From: Vitrella brassicaformis CCMP3155
Taxonomy: Eukaryota > Protista > Chromerida
Reading direction: 5' to 3'
NCBI GenBank assembly: GCA_001179505.1
Contig: CDMY01000688.1
Coordinates: 62,001 to 126,000, forward strand
Length of the DNA stretch: 64,000 nucleotides
Shown: positions 33,401-47,269 of the stretch, one piece after another
How positions within the stretch are numbered: the first letter of the stretch is position 1
Layout of the letters: every line of letters starts with the position of its first letter
Made by a program: the position numbers and the translations under genes
Notes under the pieces: generated by a model
The model's input: only the letters and a program-made list of their open reading frames with translations
What the model was told of the DNA's origin: nothing
Database searches by the model: none

Positions 33401-36400
33401 TTCCTGAGGCCGCGATACACCAAGTCACAGGTCAAGCCGGTCAGCATCGATGTCGGCAGTGGGAGGGGTGGTGAGGAGGTGGTGGTGCACCTGTCTTTGG
33501 ACATCCACGGCCTGGCGCCGATCGATGCCGAGGACGTCGGTGAGGTGGAGCGGCAGCTGCAGCGGGACGTCGAGAACCTCGCACTGCACACCATCACCAG
33601 GTCAGTCAGTGAGGCTTGTATGTTGGGTGAATGGGACACAGACGACACGTGCAGTGCACTCGTGTGGTGGTGTGGTCATGCGTGATGCGATGAAGGTATG
33701 GTAAGACCCCCGGGTCGTCTGTCGGTGAGTCAGAGGATGGCGGCCCCTCGTCGATTCCCATCAGCCTGGCGATCGACTTCATCAAGGCCCACGACCCTGC
33801 CCCGGTTGCACAGCTCGCCCTCGCCCTTCCGACGGCCCACCTCTGCCCCCTACTGCTGCAGAACTCCTGTCAGTGTGGTGGTGCGCCACTGAGCCTGACA
33901 CCTGTCCGGTTCTTTGACCACTTCCAAAGGTGTGTGAGCAGCCTGTATGTGATCCTCAACACCAAGCAGCAGGGCCCCCAGCCCCCACAGCCGCAGCCAC
34001 CGCCCGCAGACGTTCCTCCATCGCGAGAGCGTACCCCGCCATCAGCAGACACACACACCGCCACGCCAGCCCCAGCCAGCCGTGACCCGAGCTGCGAGTG
34101 GGACACAGCGACAGACACCGACGGCCAATCAGATGAGGGGCCGTGCATGGTGCTGCTGTACAGAGGACAGCACTTGCGCGACGCCGCAGCGTCCGCCCCT
34201 TCCCTCGCCGCTCTGGGTGCCGACCAGCTGCGGACGGTGGTGGACCGGTGCGGCGAGGGCATCGCCATCATCCAAGTCAAATTCAGCCAACAGGAAGGCC
34301 AGAGGCAGGGGACAGCAGCGCCGCCATCGCGAAGAACACTAGACAGGATGGAAGCATTGTCACGGCTGCAAGAGGGGCTGCGTGTCCACAGGGAGGGCGA
34401 TGAAGCAGTGGTGGAGGTGGAGCCGACATCCGATGGCATGGTTCGTCGCGGCCGCCTGTCGATTGAGGTTTGGGGCAAGCAGGTCCAGAGCTACGAGCTA
34501 CTGGCCACGCTGGAGGCACTGGCATACAGGGCATACCACGAAGCGCTCGCAGAGGTACGGTGACAGACAACCAACGCACCGCCACATCTGTGATTGTGCA
34601 TGTCTGTCTGCAGATGTGGCCGTCGGCCCTGGTGCTCGCCGCCAGCCGACAAGGATGCCCCATGCCGCCCGCCACACTCTCACAAATCGAGCGCTTCATC
34701 TCCAACCACATCGAGGCCGCCCACGGCATCACTCCCGCCTCGACAGGCGATATGCTGACCACAGGGTGGGCATGGCAGACCTTCCACTCCCTCCCACCGG
34801 GTGTCCACTACGCACACACGACGCTCAAGGTGCCACGGCAGCTTCCCATGTGGGCAACGCCCCACATCGTGACGGAACTGGCGAGCATCAACGACCAGCT
34901 CACCATGACGGGCTACCTGACGTGCTGCCAGCGGGTGGTGGAGGAGGCCTCTGAGAGTGAGGGTGTGCAGCGGGGCCCGCTGGTCCGCAGCAGCACTGTG
35001 GACACGCCCCATCAGGGAGGGGGAGACCGGCCAGACACTCGAGACCGCAGCAGAAGCGAAGATGCCACTCCGCAGCAGTGCGAGGAGAAGAAAGATCCAG
35101 GTGGTGAACCCCCCAACATGGCCATGCAGCCGCTGTGCACGGCTGCTGTGGTCCCCGTCTCAGCGGCGTTCTCTCACTGCTTCACGCAGCCAGCAGCTAA
35201 CGACCACCGGCAAGGCGGTGTGTTGGCCATCCCGCCCCCTGATGCTGAACCAGTGCGGCAACTCATGGACAGCCTTGCTACCAGCCACCGGGATTCACTG
35301 TGGACGCTTCTCATCGTCCCTGCAGACAGCTCTGAGCGGCCTCCGGTAGTTTTCGCCACGTTGGGTGCCGACTACGTGTCTGTGCACGCCTTCAACATGC
35401 CCCTGCAGTGGGCGGAAGGGACGGGGAATCGGCTGAAGGAGTCCATCAGCTGGATGTTGCTGCGGTCGGTCTTCTTTGACCAGCTGACCATGTGTGCAGT
35501 GCCGATGATGCCGCACCAGGAGCCGATGAAGGGGCTGAGTGCGTGTGTGACGGAGCTCTTCCCCTGGGTCAAGGGTGCTCAGCACGAGGACGGCGCAGAA
35601 GCGGCGACAGATGACCGCATGCACTCGGTGGGGGGGGATGAAAGGCGTCTGCTCTTCCACCATCGGCTGCTCGACAGATGCTCCGGACTCGCAGACACCC
35701 TCCGACACCCCAAATTCACTCTATTCCAGCTGCCCTTCCCCGTCGCCAGAGCGCTGATCGACTCGCCCACACCCCCTCCCAGACCACCAACAGCCCCCCC
35801 TGCTGACCAGCCGACCTATGAGCAAGCCACACTCGCCCCCAAGTTGCCGGAGCAGATCGAGATGGCCCCTGCAGCGTTGCCTCTCAGCAAAGGTTTCTAC
35901 ACGCCATCTCCTGTCCGGGCGTCGGTGTTCCCTGGGATGAGGCGGCGAGGCCGCGGGCACTTCGCATTTGGGGGCGGAGGGGGCAGGAAGGAGCGGCTGA
36001 CCCCTGAGAGACCTGTGGAGAGTGACACGGTGTCTGTCGCGAGTGAGGGCGACATGGGCAAGGAGGGGAGGCCCATGGTGACCTTTGAGGATATGGTCAT
36101 CGAGCTGGATGACGGTGATATTGAGACCGAGACTGCAGTGGTGGGGGAGGAGGCAGAGACCACTGAGGAAGTGTGGGAGCTGGGCGTTGAGGGCCGGCTG
36201 GAGCACTGGGTGGATCTCACGCCCCTCTACGGCCAAGACGACACTGCTGCTGTCGCCGTCGGCCCTTTCGCAGACCCACGGGAGTCTGCTGCTCCCACAC
36301 CACGTGGGCTGGCATCACTCGAGGCCATGTGCCGGCACCGCGCCCGGCAGACCGCCCTTAGGAGCCTCCTCGCAGCCACACTTGCCAGACACCGACAGTG

Positions 36401-39400
36401 TGCATCGTCATCCCTCCTGGCCAGGCTGCTCGACAGTGTGCTTAGGGTGGGTGGCGGTGCGGACGGTGAGCTCGACCATTACCTTGTCGGGCAGGCGGCG
36501 TTGATGACGCTCACGAACGGGTGGCTTCTTCCCTCTGCGTCGGCCGATTTGCAGCACGAGATGCTGGTGGCATGCTGGTTGGTCAACAGGGGATGGGTGG
36601 TGGGCTCGCCGGTGCTGCACCCGCTGTACTACCATGCGGGGGACATCCCTTCATCTGCAGAGCCTTTGGAAGCCATCAAGTCGCCGTCAGTGACATCGCT
36701 GGCCTCACTGGTACCATCAGTCCAGCCCGTGAAGCTGGATTCTAGCCTGTCAGTCATGCCTTTGTTCTGTTCTGTCTGTATTAGGTGTCGCCGGGCATGT
36801 TGCTGCAGCGGTCGGCCAGCGACGCCGCCCTCACGTCAGAGAGGCGCAAGGATGATGACGACGGGCCTCACCCCACCGACAGCGCTGTGCGAGTGGTGAT
36901 GCCGCCCGCCTTCTTCCCTCTTTACCTCTACCACCACCAGCCGCCCGCCGCGCCACCCACAGGTGTCAGCGAGCCGTCGGTGCTGAGGGCGGAGAGAGAG
37001 ACCTTCGTCACGAGAGTGGTGGGCCACATCCAGGCCTCCCTCTTGGCCAGGGGCTTCGTCATGCTGACCTCCTTCGCCGGGCTGCTGCCGTACTCGCCCA
37101 ATCCTCACATCAATGCTGCCGTTGAAGGGTTAGTCGGCGAATACCTAATGGAGACGAACACACCCCAACACACATCACACTATCTGTTGGATTGGCGTGT
37201 GGCCGTGTAGGGACGTCCGAGAGGCCCAGAGCTTCGTGTTCGCTCTCACGTGTGAGGACGACAGCGGGCCGGGCGTCCTCAGGGGCACGCTGATTGTGCC
37301 GGTGACAGTGGCCATCTCGCCCGGCAGCAGCAGCAGCAGTGGTGCCCCAACCATGACGATTCACGCGCTGTGGATGCCCCCAGCCACACTGCACGGCCCG
37401 TCCGCCGACGACGTACCAGCAGAGAAGCAGCTGGCGTGGCTGCGGCAGCTGGCGGTTGAAGAGATCCATCAGTGTCTTCGGCGCCTCCATGCTGTTCAGG
37501 CCCAGCTGGTGATCCAGCAGCAGATTCGGCCATCACCGCTCCAAATGGGCGTCGACGTCTGGCGGTGGCTCGGTCTGGTGATGCAGCACTACTTCCAGGA
37601 GGCCTCATCTGGGAATGACGATGCGACTCTGCCTCTCCCGCCCCCGGCGCTCGGCACCTCGGTCTTCTCTCGAGGCGCCACACTCTTCGCCCAAGCCGTG
37701 TCGGCGGTCTCTGAGAGAATCCGGGGCAGCCGCACCGTCATGGTGGCGGGCAGCCTGTCGGCCTCTGTAAGGCGCGAGCAGAGTGCAGACGGGGAGGAGC
37801 AGGCCGTCGCGAGCGCATCGGAGGGGGAGGATGGGACTAGGGACACGCACGAGTTTAGTGGCACGGCGGATGCCGATGCGTTGCTGCGGTTCTTCCGTCT
37901 TGACGGCTGGCGGTTCGGCATGGCGGCGGTCAAGGAGCGGTCACCATCGAACAGACCCACACCTGACACCGAGATGGTGGTCCATGTGCACCCTCCACCG
38001 GCCGACGATGGTGAGGCCTCCGTGGCCATGACGGCTGTGGCTGTGGGTGTGGCTGAAGACCCCTTGCGCAGAAAGGATGAGGCGCCCCACCTGCTGCTGA
38101 TGCCGACCAGGGACCTCACTGGCCTGGCACACTCATTCAGGTGGGTGACCAAACGGAACAGTCAGATGCCACACCACACAGACAGCGGAATAATGAGCCA
38201 GGGGGGATCACGCTGCTGCCAGCATAGCATTCTTGGCCCTGGTTGTCAGGTCGCGGGCGACATCTGATTTCCTGATCCCCCCTGGCTCGTCAGCGCCCCT
38301 GCAAGGTGTGCGAGAAAGAAGAAGCCTTCCCAGGCTCAATCAATATTACTCATTGCCTGGCCTGCATGCAGTGGTCGGAGCCCTTCAAGACTGCCACCAC
38401 CACCACCTCCTCTCATCTACTGCTGGTACCAGCTGGTACGGCATTGTCTTGCGGCCCTCCATGGTAATGATGCACAAGGCCTCTCGACCTGCAGCACCGC
38501 TGCCACCCGACAGAAGGTGGCACATGAGCCGGCGGGAGCGTGTGAGCCTCGCTGCGCGTCGTCTGGCCCACGCTCGGGCCCTCCTGCCTGCCACCCGACG
38601 GACCCCTCAGCTGACGCTGACCCCCTCCCTGTCTCCCGCACCCCCTCCCACACTAGCGGAGGCACACACCCCGCCCCTCTCCCTCAGTGCCGGTGGTGGC
38701 TGGCGCCAGTCGCCCCTCGGCCTGACACCCGGCAGCAATGGGCATGACGAGACGCCATCGCCGGCCACGCCTCAAGCGCGGCTGGCCAAGGACAGTGGTG
38801 TTGGTGATGTGAGGCGGAGGCAGCAACTGCGGCTGGATTACCGTGTTGTGGGGATCGGCTGTCCCGTCAGAGGGCGTCAACAGAATGGTAACGTGTCGGC
38901 GGCGGTGTGCAAGATGGCAGCGGACCGGTATGCCGTTCAGCACTTCCGAGGCCTCCTCTACAGCCCCGATGCCACCACACTTCTCGAGCTTCCCGAGTGT
39001 GCTGCCAGTGGTGGTAATAATGACGAGCAGCTCAGCCCCACCAGACGGACACAGGAGGCGCGCAAGAGCGCTGCAGAGGACAGGGCGACGGTCCGGTCGA
39101 GCATCGACGAGGGACTCCGTGAGGTGATAGGACTGGCCCGCACAGCGATCAGGGCTAGCAGCCAGTGGGAAACACTGCGCACACTCACGTCTAAGGGGCT
39201 TCTTCGGCTGCCCGGCTCCTTTCCGTCGCCCCACACCAGCAGCACCAAGACAGAGCAGATGATGACCATACAGTGGCGGGCCATCGAGCGACTGGCCTTC
39301 TACCAAGCGCCTATCATCCGCTGTGCGGCACAGATGGACATCGGCCGGACGGAGAGCGAGCCGGCAGTGTCATCTGTGAGGGGCGAGGATGGGGGGGCTG

Positions 39401-41406
39401 CCGTGGTAGGAAGCCTGTTGTCAGCCAATGTGGAGAGGCTGCTGGCGGGCGCGACGGTTGTGCAGTGGTCAGAGTGCTGGTCGAGCTTCCTGCAGGAGGT
39501 GGTGACCGCCCGGCGCAGCATCGCCCACTTCCTCAACACGACCAACCTGAGCGGATTCACTCTCGCATCGGCACTGGCCGATACCGGCGTGGCCTTCGTC
39601 TACAAGGGCAACCTTAACACCCCCCTGCACGCAGCAGCGACGGCGGCCAATCCGCTGGCCCTGCCGGACCTGTCAGGCCTTTACACTGGGTATGCATCGT
39701 TCACCTGCCCCCCGCCCGCCGTCAAGTCGCCCGTCATCGCCGCGCTGCCATCCCCGCTGTCGCCCCCTCTGCTGCCCTCACCACCTCCCTCTTTCATGCC
39801 GACTCATGATGACAGCACCGACCAGCCCACAGAGGAAGGGACATTCCTTCACGCCTGGTTCGCCCCCGTGCAGAGCCGACGGAGGCGGCGAGAGATGGAG
39901 GTGACGAATCAGCTCTTCTACTGGGACTCCAACCTGTCGCTGCTGCTGAGGGTCATGCGGGCACGGCAGAGGGAGAACCAACATGCCGGGAACAGAGAGG
40001 CGACGGGCAGGGGTGACTCGGCAGGATCGCCGGCATCGTCGGTGCCGGCCCTGCAGCGGCAGAACGTGCTCATCACAGTGGAACTGCAGCCCTCGCTGCC
40101 CCGCATCGCCTCCCTCTCCTCACTGTGGGGCGCCACATCGGCATCATCGGCATCGCCATCACCGTCTCGGAACAACCCCCTCTCACTCTCACGAAGGACC
40201 ACTGTCGACGGCAAGTGGACATTTGTCGACCACCGAAGCCTTCCCCCGATCCCCACTGCAGCCACCCTACCCCCCTTTACCTCCACCGCCCCGATGCAGA
40301 GCCCCGCCCACGCACACGTGCCGCCGCCTCCGCACAGCGGCTCCATGCAGTCTGTCGGCAGCCGGCCTGAGAGCCCTCATGGCGCCCTGGGCGTGGAAGC
40401 GGTCGAGCCGGGCATCAAGGGGGTGAGGATTTTGTCCAACGTGCCGATCGACTTCGCCTTTTGTTTCGAGCGGCCACCAGTGACATTGGCGGATGACAGA
40501 CATGGCCAGCATCCGCCAAATGAAGAGGGCGAGAGCTTCTTGACGGTCACCCCCCGGATGCGAGCCAGTGTGGGAGGCATCGAGAGCAGCGGTCTGTCCT
40601 CGACTGACGAGCACCTTCATGCGACCACTGACGATGAAGGTGGAGCGATGCACGCCGCTGAATCGTTCCTGGACTACACAGACGCGGGGCAGCAACACGA
40701 CGAGTGCACCTTCTTCGTCTACGGTGACTCAGCGATGACGGAAGAGCGGCTCGAGGGCGATGTTTGTGGTCTGGCGATGCGGCCGTCCTCCCAGGCAGAC
40801 GTGGAGTCGGCCTGTCACCTCAGCCAGGCGTCGCCGTCTTTCCGCCCCATTGCTGAGTCGGAGATGCTGCCCATGGGCGACACATCCGACGCCTCTCTGC
40901 TACCCCTCCCGTCACCCGACACCACCAGCAGCAGCAGCAGAGGCGTCCTTGGCTCTCTGGAAGCCCATCTGCAGGTGCTTAAGGACAGTCAGGCTCTCGA
41001 GAATGTGGACCTGAGCAGCCTCGGTGTGTGTCATGGTGGCGACGAAGACACCGTGCCGGCGCTCCCCGACTCCGAGACGAGCGGGTCGAGCCGCTCTCTG
41101 CTCGGTGACTACATGCGGCAGAGACACAGGGCGTCTGTGGCAGCTGCTGCGCCCGTTGTTGATAGCGCTACTGATGCTGATGCTGTCGATGGGGACACGT
41201 GTAGTGGTAGAGATGGGGGTCATGATGATGATGATGATGGTGGTCACGGTGGTGTCGATAGGGATCATTATGATGGGGGTGGGAGGTGTGCTACAACTGT
41301 AGAGGTGTCTGCGTCGAGGGATTTTCTGTCGGCTGCTGTGGGCTATGTCATGGCCTGGGTCTTCAGGAACGATTTATTGGGCTTCCCTGACGCACCATTC
41401 CGGTGA
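23330..41406 (+). CDS. SZT2: SZT2 (KICSTOR scaffold) homologue; very large multi-exon gene, roughly 5000 aa by estimate
   Basis: FSYLYPSYSLVLVLDLSPSLNVVD, LKALVQPMYV...FVPNVTVSILA, GVVLLTDGVVSIP, IVQVGGGFSPYSPMGNVSDRDALQFIANA and LVHIISCRVREGF match motifs I recall from the SZT2 N-terminus (ELDLSPSTGIVD, IVITDGV, VQVGG, SLRLREGY). Long same-strand ORFs continue via GT-AG introns to the TGA at 41406. A split into two genes in the distal half cannot be excluded. Confidence 0.8.
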
Positions 41407-41913
41407 CACAAACATACATGTTTGTCTGCATGGCACGGTGGTGTGCAGTGTGCAGTGCAGTACCAGTGCGTGATGTACGTCCCGGCCGTGTGTCTCACCA
41501 ATCCCTCCATGTCTCGCGTCACTTATCGCCCTCTCACGCCCATCCCTCTGGGATTTAGCCAGCCGACATCGCAGCCGCCGTATGATGTTAGTCGGGGGCG
41601 AAGCCGACACGAAATCGGAATTTGAGTCGGAAATTCGCCCGCATTCCCTTCATCACGCCGATCTGAGAAGGGAGGGGAAAGTGAGCACCACGTCAATCTG
41701 TCGATGGATGTCTGTCTGTGCGTCGTAGTGTGTCATTCCGCCGCGACAGGCAAAGACTACATGTATGTGTCGTCTGCGTGTTGTTGTCCAATATGGGCGG
41801 CACGGCACATTCGTGTTTATGTGAGACATGAAGCCCACTGGCTGTAGAGTTTCATACAGTGACATGCACAGCAATCAAGGAGTGACAGTGGAGGAAGACA
41901 AGATGGTCCTCAG

Positions 41914-44900
41914 TCAGTCATCATCGAAATCCATCACCTGGTCCTCTGTCACAGCGGCACGCTGGGCAGGGGCAGGACGCACCTCACGCACACCCCCACC
42001 GAAACCCCCTTCACCCACAACATGTTCTTCCAGATGCCTGAGCGTACTCTCGAACTCCTGCTGCTCATCATCCCCCCCTCCAAACCGAGGCGGCTCTCTC
42101 TCCCTCGCCAGATTGGCGCTCGCCGGCCGCCGCACCGGGATGGCTGGCGGGGGCAGGGGCGTCGGCGGTGCGCGTGAGACTGAGAGCATGGCGGGGGGCG
42201 GGGGGCGGGAGAGCCGTGTGTCGATGAGATCTTCGAGGATCTGGGCCTTCATGCGCTGCTTGGTCGGCCGGTCCACCAGACGGCCGCCCTGTGTGCCCTC
42301 GATCCACCTGCGATACGATCACACAAACAGAATAGAGAGCCATGGTGACTATGGATGGATGGATGGAGGCATACCTACCGTGTGGCCCAGTCTGTGAGTG
42401 TCTCCTCCCCCTGCAGAGGGGCGAGGGGCAGGCCGATCGGAGGCACATGCGGACGGGCCATCATCATCCGCGGAGACACCGATAGCCGCACCCTGAGTGA
42501 GTGCAGGAGACACACACATCAATCACACCATTCCATTCTGAGTGTGTGTGTTTGGAGGCCATGTCCTGCCCTGTCCTGTCCTGCATGCACTCCACTCCTA
42601 CCCAGCTGTGGCAACCGGCTGCTCCCCTTCTCTCGGCGTCACCCCATAGAAGACCAATATCGGGGCGTCCCCCGCCGCCCTCCCATAAGCCGCACACGCC
42701 AGAATATGATGAGTGGGCGACCACGCCACAGCCATCACCGGTGCAGGCGCCCGCACCCTTGGCTGGTCGCTCTTCATCTGACCCGATGCCACCTCCCACA
42801 GCACCAGGCGGCCCGACTCGCAGCCAGACGCCACCAAGCGGCCATCTGGTGAGAGGACGCTGCGAATGGGGTGTGTGGTGCACTGGGAGCCGGCAAGGAT
42901 TTGATCGATGTGTAGCGACGCGTGGTGGAGCCTGGCCATGCGGACGAGGTTGTCCTTGGTGTTGAGCAGCACGCACTGGTCGAGCGACGCTGCAGCTGGG
43001 GGCGATCTGGGTGTGGGCGAGAGGGGTGCTGATGATGACATCTGGGGCGGGGGGGTGGGTGCCAGCTGGAAGTGGTGCAGGGGGGTGCCGACCAGGTCGA
43101 GATGGAGGAAGGAGCGGATCAACGTCAGCTGCAGGGGCTCACCTGCACATGCAACGAACGGCACACACACATCCCTGCTGTCTGTCTGTCTGGGTGTGTC
43201 TGTCGCTCCCTCCCTCCCTCCCTCCCTGACCTTGATAGAAGTGCAGTGCCCACATGCACAAGGTCCCATTGGACAGCGAGGCATACAAATGGTGCGGGCG
43301 GGTGGGGGCAAACCGCACACACAGCACCTGCGGGATCCCTCCATTCCCCTCATCCCTCCCTCCCCGTGTGGGCGTCGGCGGCCGCACCCTCGTCCGCCCC
43401 GCTCCCATATCCCTCTCGTCCCACGCAGAGCCGATGTCGGGCAGCGGCACTGACAGCAGCAACTCGCAGTGCCACCGCTCTTGCTGCATGCGGCCGTGTG
43501 GATGTTGTCCATTTGGTGTAAAGTGGTATGGCGAGTCGGGCGGGGGCGGGGGGGATACTGGGGAAGAGATGAGGGGACGGGTGGTGGGGGGTGCTGGTGC
43601 TGGTGACGTAAAGAGCGACGGCTGCTGGGGCTGGTCGGCCGCAGAGGACTTCCACACACGCCACAACTGACACATAAGGAACATAAGGACAAAGGGCATC
43701 GCATCACGTCTCCCCTCCCCTCCCTCTCCTCCCTCTGTGTCTCACTAACTTTGATCCCGAAATCATAGCCCCCCACAGCCACGGTGAGTGTGGGGAAGGT
43801 CACGTGCCTCCGGCCTTCTGGCGGGGTGGCTATGGCGTGTGCAGAATACACATAGCTGGGGTGGTACAGCACCACATCCGGCTCGACCATCGCCGAAGTG
43901 GCGGCGGTGTCAAGCAGTGACGACGTGCTGGGTGGCGGCCACTCGAAGACGTTGACGGTGCCGTCGCCCCCTGCACTGATAAGCATCGCCGCGTTCTTGG
44001 ACAGAGCGGGAGGAGAGACGTCATCCGATGCCGCCTGTGGCTGCTGAGCACCTGCACAAGTGACCAATCCATGTCAACATGTCTCTCTCCCTCTCTCTCC
44101 CTCTCTCCCTCTCTCCCTCTCCCTCTCACCGTGTCTATACGATTCGGGCGGCTGGCCTCTGAACGATCGCAGGAAGTTTTTGAGCAACCCTACAGTGGCG
44201 CCCTCAGATCTCCCCGATCTCCCTGTGGTCGCGTCAAACTGGCCGGGGGGTATCATGGGCTCATCAGGGGGCGGCTGCACCTCACGCATCGACGGGGCGG
44301 CAGATGAGGGAAGGGGACACCAGATTAGGTCATACACCAAAGCTTGATGGCCTGACAGAAAGACAGAGGAGCAAGAAGGTGCATATTCAGGCGGAGGCGG
44401 GTGGTGTTCATTCACCTTTCAGAACAGCGGTGAGGACGCCGTCACGCACACGGAACACGCGAAGGTCAAACCTGAGACAAATGACGAGGAGGCGGCATCC
44501 ATATATCCCAGCTGACATTCTACGTCTCTCCCTCCCTCCCTCCCTCCCTCCCTCACCTGTTCCTCCTGGCCACGGCGGCAGCAAGGAACTCCCCCTGGGG
44601 ATGGAAGGCTAGCCGCGAGCACCCGCTCTCCGCCGTCGGCAACTCGTAAGCAAGTCTCTCGGGCACCACGCACAATGTCCCAGCCTCCCGCCTGGCCTCG
44701 TCCATTGGTATCAGCTCCTCCACCCCCGCTCTCTCCTCCCTCCCCTCCCTCACGGCCCTGGCCGTCGGCAAAGGCAGCTTCCTCGGCTCCTCCCTGCTCT
44801 CCATCACATACCGCATTGTGTCTGAGGTGATGTCGAGGGCTTCCATCGCCAGCTGAGTGGGGATGAGGTCGACGGTGAGGGTGAGAGTGAAGGGGGCCGG

Positions 44901-46475
44901 CTTCTTGCGCGGCCACACGTACTCAAAGTAGGCGACGGGGGCTGCGGGACCGGCGAGAGCGCCTGGTGAGGACGTGTCGGAGAGGGCGGCTGGGTGGGAG
45001 ATGAGGTGGGGGGCGTTCTCGGAGGGAGGGGTGTAGGCATATCGATAAAGGGTCAGCCTGACACACCACAACACACCGCCCAGCACACCACATTCATTAT
45101 CGGGTGTTTTGTTTCTCCTTCTGTCTGTCTCGTGTGGCACGCACCTGAGCTTTCTCCTGAGCGTCCTGAGTGCAGGCTTCCCATCGTCCTTCTCCCCTCC
45201 CCGATCCCCCCTCACGAGTGTCCCCCCTTGCGCCCTCCTCTGTCCCCTCAGCTCAGCGTCAGCCTGCAGTGCGGCGTGCAGGTGCGGCAGAGACAGGAAC
45301 CCCCAGGCAAGCCGGACCACCGACGCACCGCCACTGGCCTTCTTGTCCATCTGGTAGCCGTGCTTGCAGGGGGCGAGCATCTCCACCAGAAGCAGGCACT
45401 GGCGCTGCATCAGATAAGCCAACGGCTCCATCAGCACCAGAGACGCACCTACAGACAGACAGGGGAGGCACATACATACAGGGGGAGTGTGACAGGGCGG
45501 GCGGGCTGCGTTGCGTACGTGGGGGCCTCTGTGGTGCGGAGGTGTAAGGCAGTATGTGCGGGGTGAGCATCTGCTTCTGCACGCCGCTCGCACTGAAGGA
45601 CGACAGGGGGCGGTCATACACTGCGATCTTCGACGCCTCGCTCTTCACCATATACCTGCAGGCACCACACACCAATCAGCATCGACATGCACCATTACCA
45701 CCCATTATTCCCCCTCTCACCGGCCATTGGGTGTCGTGCGGTCGATGAAGTGCAGCCGATAGAAGGGCGCGCCCGTGATGGGCAGATTGGGCAGGTGGAA
45801 TGGCGGGGCGTAGCTGAGGCTGCTGCTGGCATTCCGGGGGTCAGTGTCCATCAGATGCACACCCAACACATGCTCCCTCAGGTCAAGGGGCGGGGGAACG
45901 GGTGGGGGAGGAGGCGGCGGCACCACACGAACCGGCAGCTCACACTCCTGCAGACGCCTGCAGCGGACCGGACCAACAAGCAGCACAGCATTCAATGCTC
46001 AGGATACAAACATGTCTGTCTCTGCTCCTTCCATCCCCCCAGCTCAGCTCACTCTTTGGCGCGCATTCTGTCAAAAAACGGATAGCCCGCCAATCTAGCG
46101 CCAAGTGCTTCCAATCCACCAGGCGGCAACACCGGTGGGGGCGGCTGAACAGCGGGCTGGCCCGCCACCCCAGCAGCTGACGACAGCAGGGGAGGGGGAG
46201 ACGACAGGGGCGGCTGTGGCTGTGGCTGTGGCTGGGGCGCTGTGACATCTCCTTTCGGTGCCAGTGTTGGTCTTGGATGGCTGGGCAGGGGAGGTGGGGA
46301 GGGGGCGAGAGGGGGGGAGGGGTAGCTGACGGCAGGGCTGCACGCCGCACACACACACACGGACAGGAGGAAAAGGGGGCGTCTCAAGTGACGTCTGGGC
46401 GTGAGGTGCTGTGTGTTTATCTCTTTTCTGCCGCCATTGGGCTACCTGGGTGCCTGTTGGGGCTCCATTACTCAT
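41914..46475 (-). CDS. AHI1: Jouberin / AHI1 (ciliary transition zone; C2-like region plus WD40 propeller)
   Basis: HILPYTS, LLLVEML...RLAWGFLSL, ESGCSRLAFHPQGEFLAAAV, GHQALVYDLIW, YHPSYVYSA, VGGYDFGIK, LLNTKDNLVRM, IRSVLSPDGRLVASGCESG and VAWSPTHHILACAAYG follow AHI1 motif order. Start codon tentative. Confidence 0.82.
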
Positions 46476-46616
46476 CCACAGAGCGAATAAGCTCGGCCGA
46501 CCTCCTACGCCGCTTGTCGTGGGGCCTTCAGAACAGGGACCGTGTCGATGCAGAATTCATCCGGCTCTCGTCCACCGGGCACCACGCTATTAAGTGTTTC
46601 TGCGCTGCCGTGTCAG

Positions 46617-47054
46617 CAGATTTCGTTAGAATCTTCACTCTGCGAGCTGAAGCTCGCGACTTCCCAAACCCCGTGCAGGGTTTGACCAGGCAGGGTTTTC
46701 CGTGGTAAACATCCACTTCTCGGGCCTGGGAAGGCAGATCTTCCGCTCCCTTCAGCCGTCTATCCACTCAGCGCCATCTCCTGCCTGCCTGCCTGCCTGT
46801 CTGCCTGTCCGGCAGATAAAGGTGCTTTTCCTGTACGATGCCTTCAATAGCATGAGTCAGAGCGCATACCTGCACGTCACCGCCATGGGCCACAAAGTAC
46901 GCACGCGCCGCATGCAGTGCAGTCTGAGAGCAAGGCAGTCACTTGGTCGCTTATGTGTTGACTGGTCATGCATCGCATTGCCTTGCCAGGTCGTCAGGAC
47001 CGAGTACGTCTCGCTGGAGCACACGCTGGATCTGCTGGCCACCGAGCAGAAGAC
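46617..47054 (+). pseudogene. Truncated direct duplicate of the HypX upstream region, exon 1, intron 1 and exon 2
   Basis: Near-identical to 48217-48670 (ctgtacgatgccttcaatagcatgagtcagagcgcatacctgcacgtcaccgccat). The ATG AAG GTG of the gene reads ATA AAG GTG here; the copy breaks at a (CAGG)n tract. Confidence 0.9.
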
Positions 47055-47230
47055 AGGCAGGCGGGCAGGCAGGCGCATTGCAGACGATAAATGCATTCCT
47101 TGAGATGCAAAGGAGGGAGGAGGAAAGGTATGATCTTGCTCACGTCCACGGGGCGACCCGTCTTCTCCTCGGTGGCCAGCAGATCCAGCGTGTGCTCCAG
47201 CGAGACGTACTCGGTCCTGACGACCTGGCA
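46984..47230. repeat. Inverted repeat: 71-bp arms (46984-47054 and 47160-47230), one mismatch, ~105-nt spacer
   Basis: tgccaggtcgtcaggacc...gccaccgagcagaagac versus the reverse complement ...gccaccgaggagaagac. Confidence 0.93.
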
Positions 47231-47269
47231 ATGCGACGCGAGACCAGTCAATAATATCATCGTGGACGA

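Noticed and set aside
21476-47230. Functional cluster linking the RNase III gene and the HypX hairpin
   Set aside because: They are ~24 kb apart and separated by unrelated housekeeping genes, so proximity is not evidence. Any link must come from small-RNA data.
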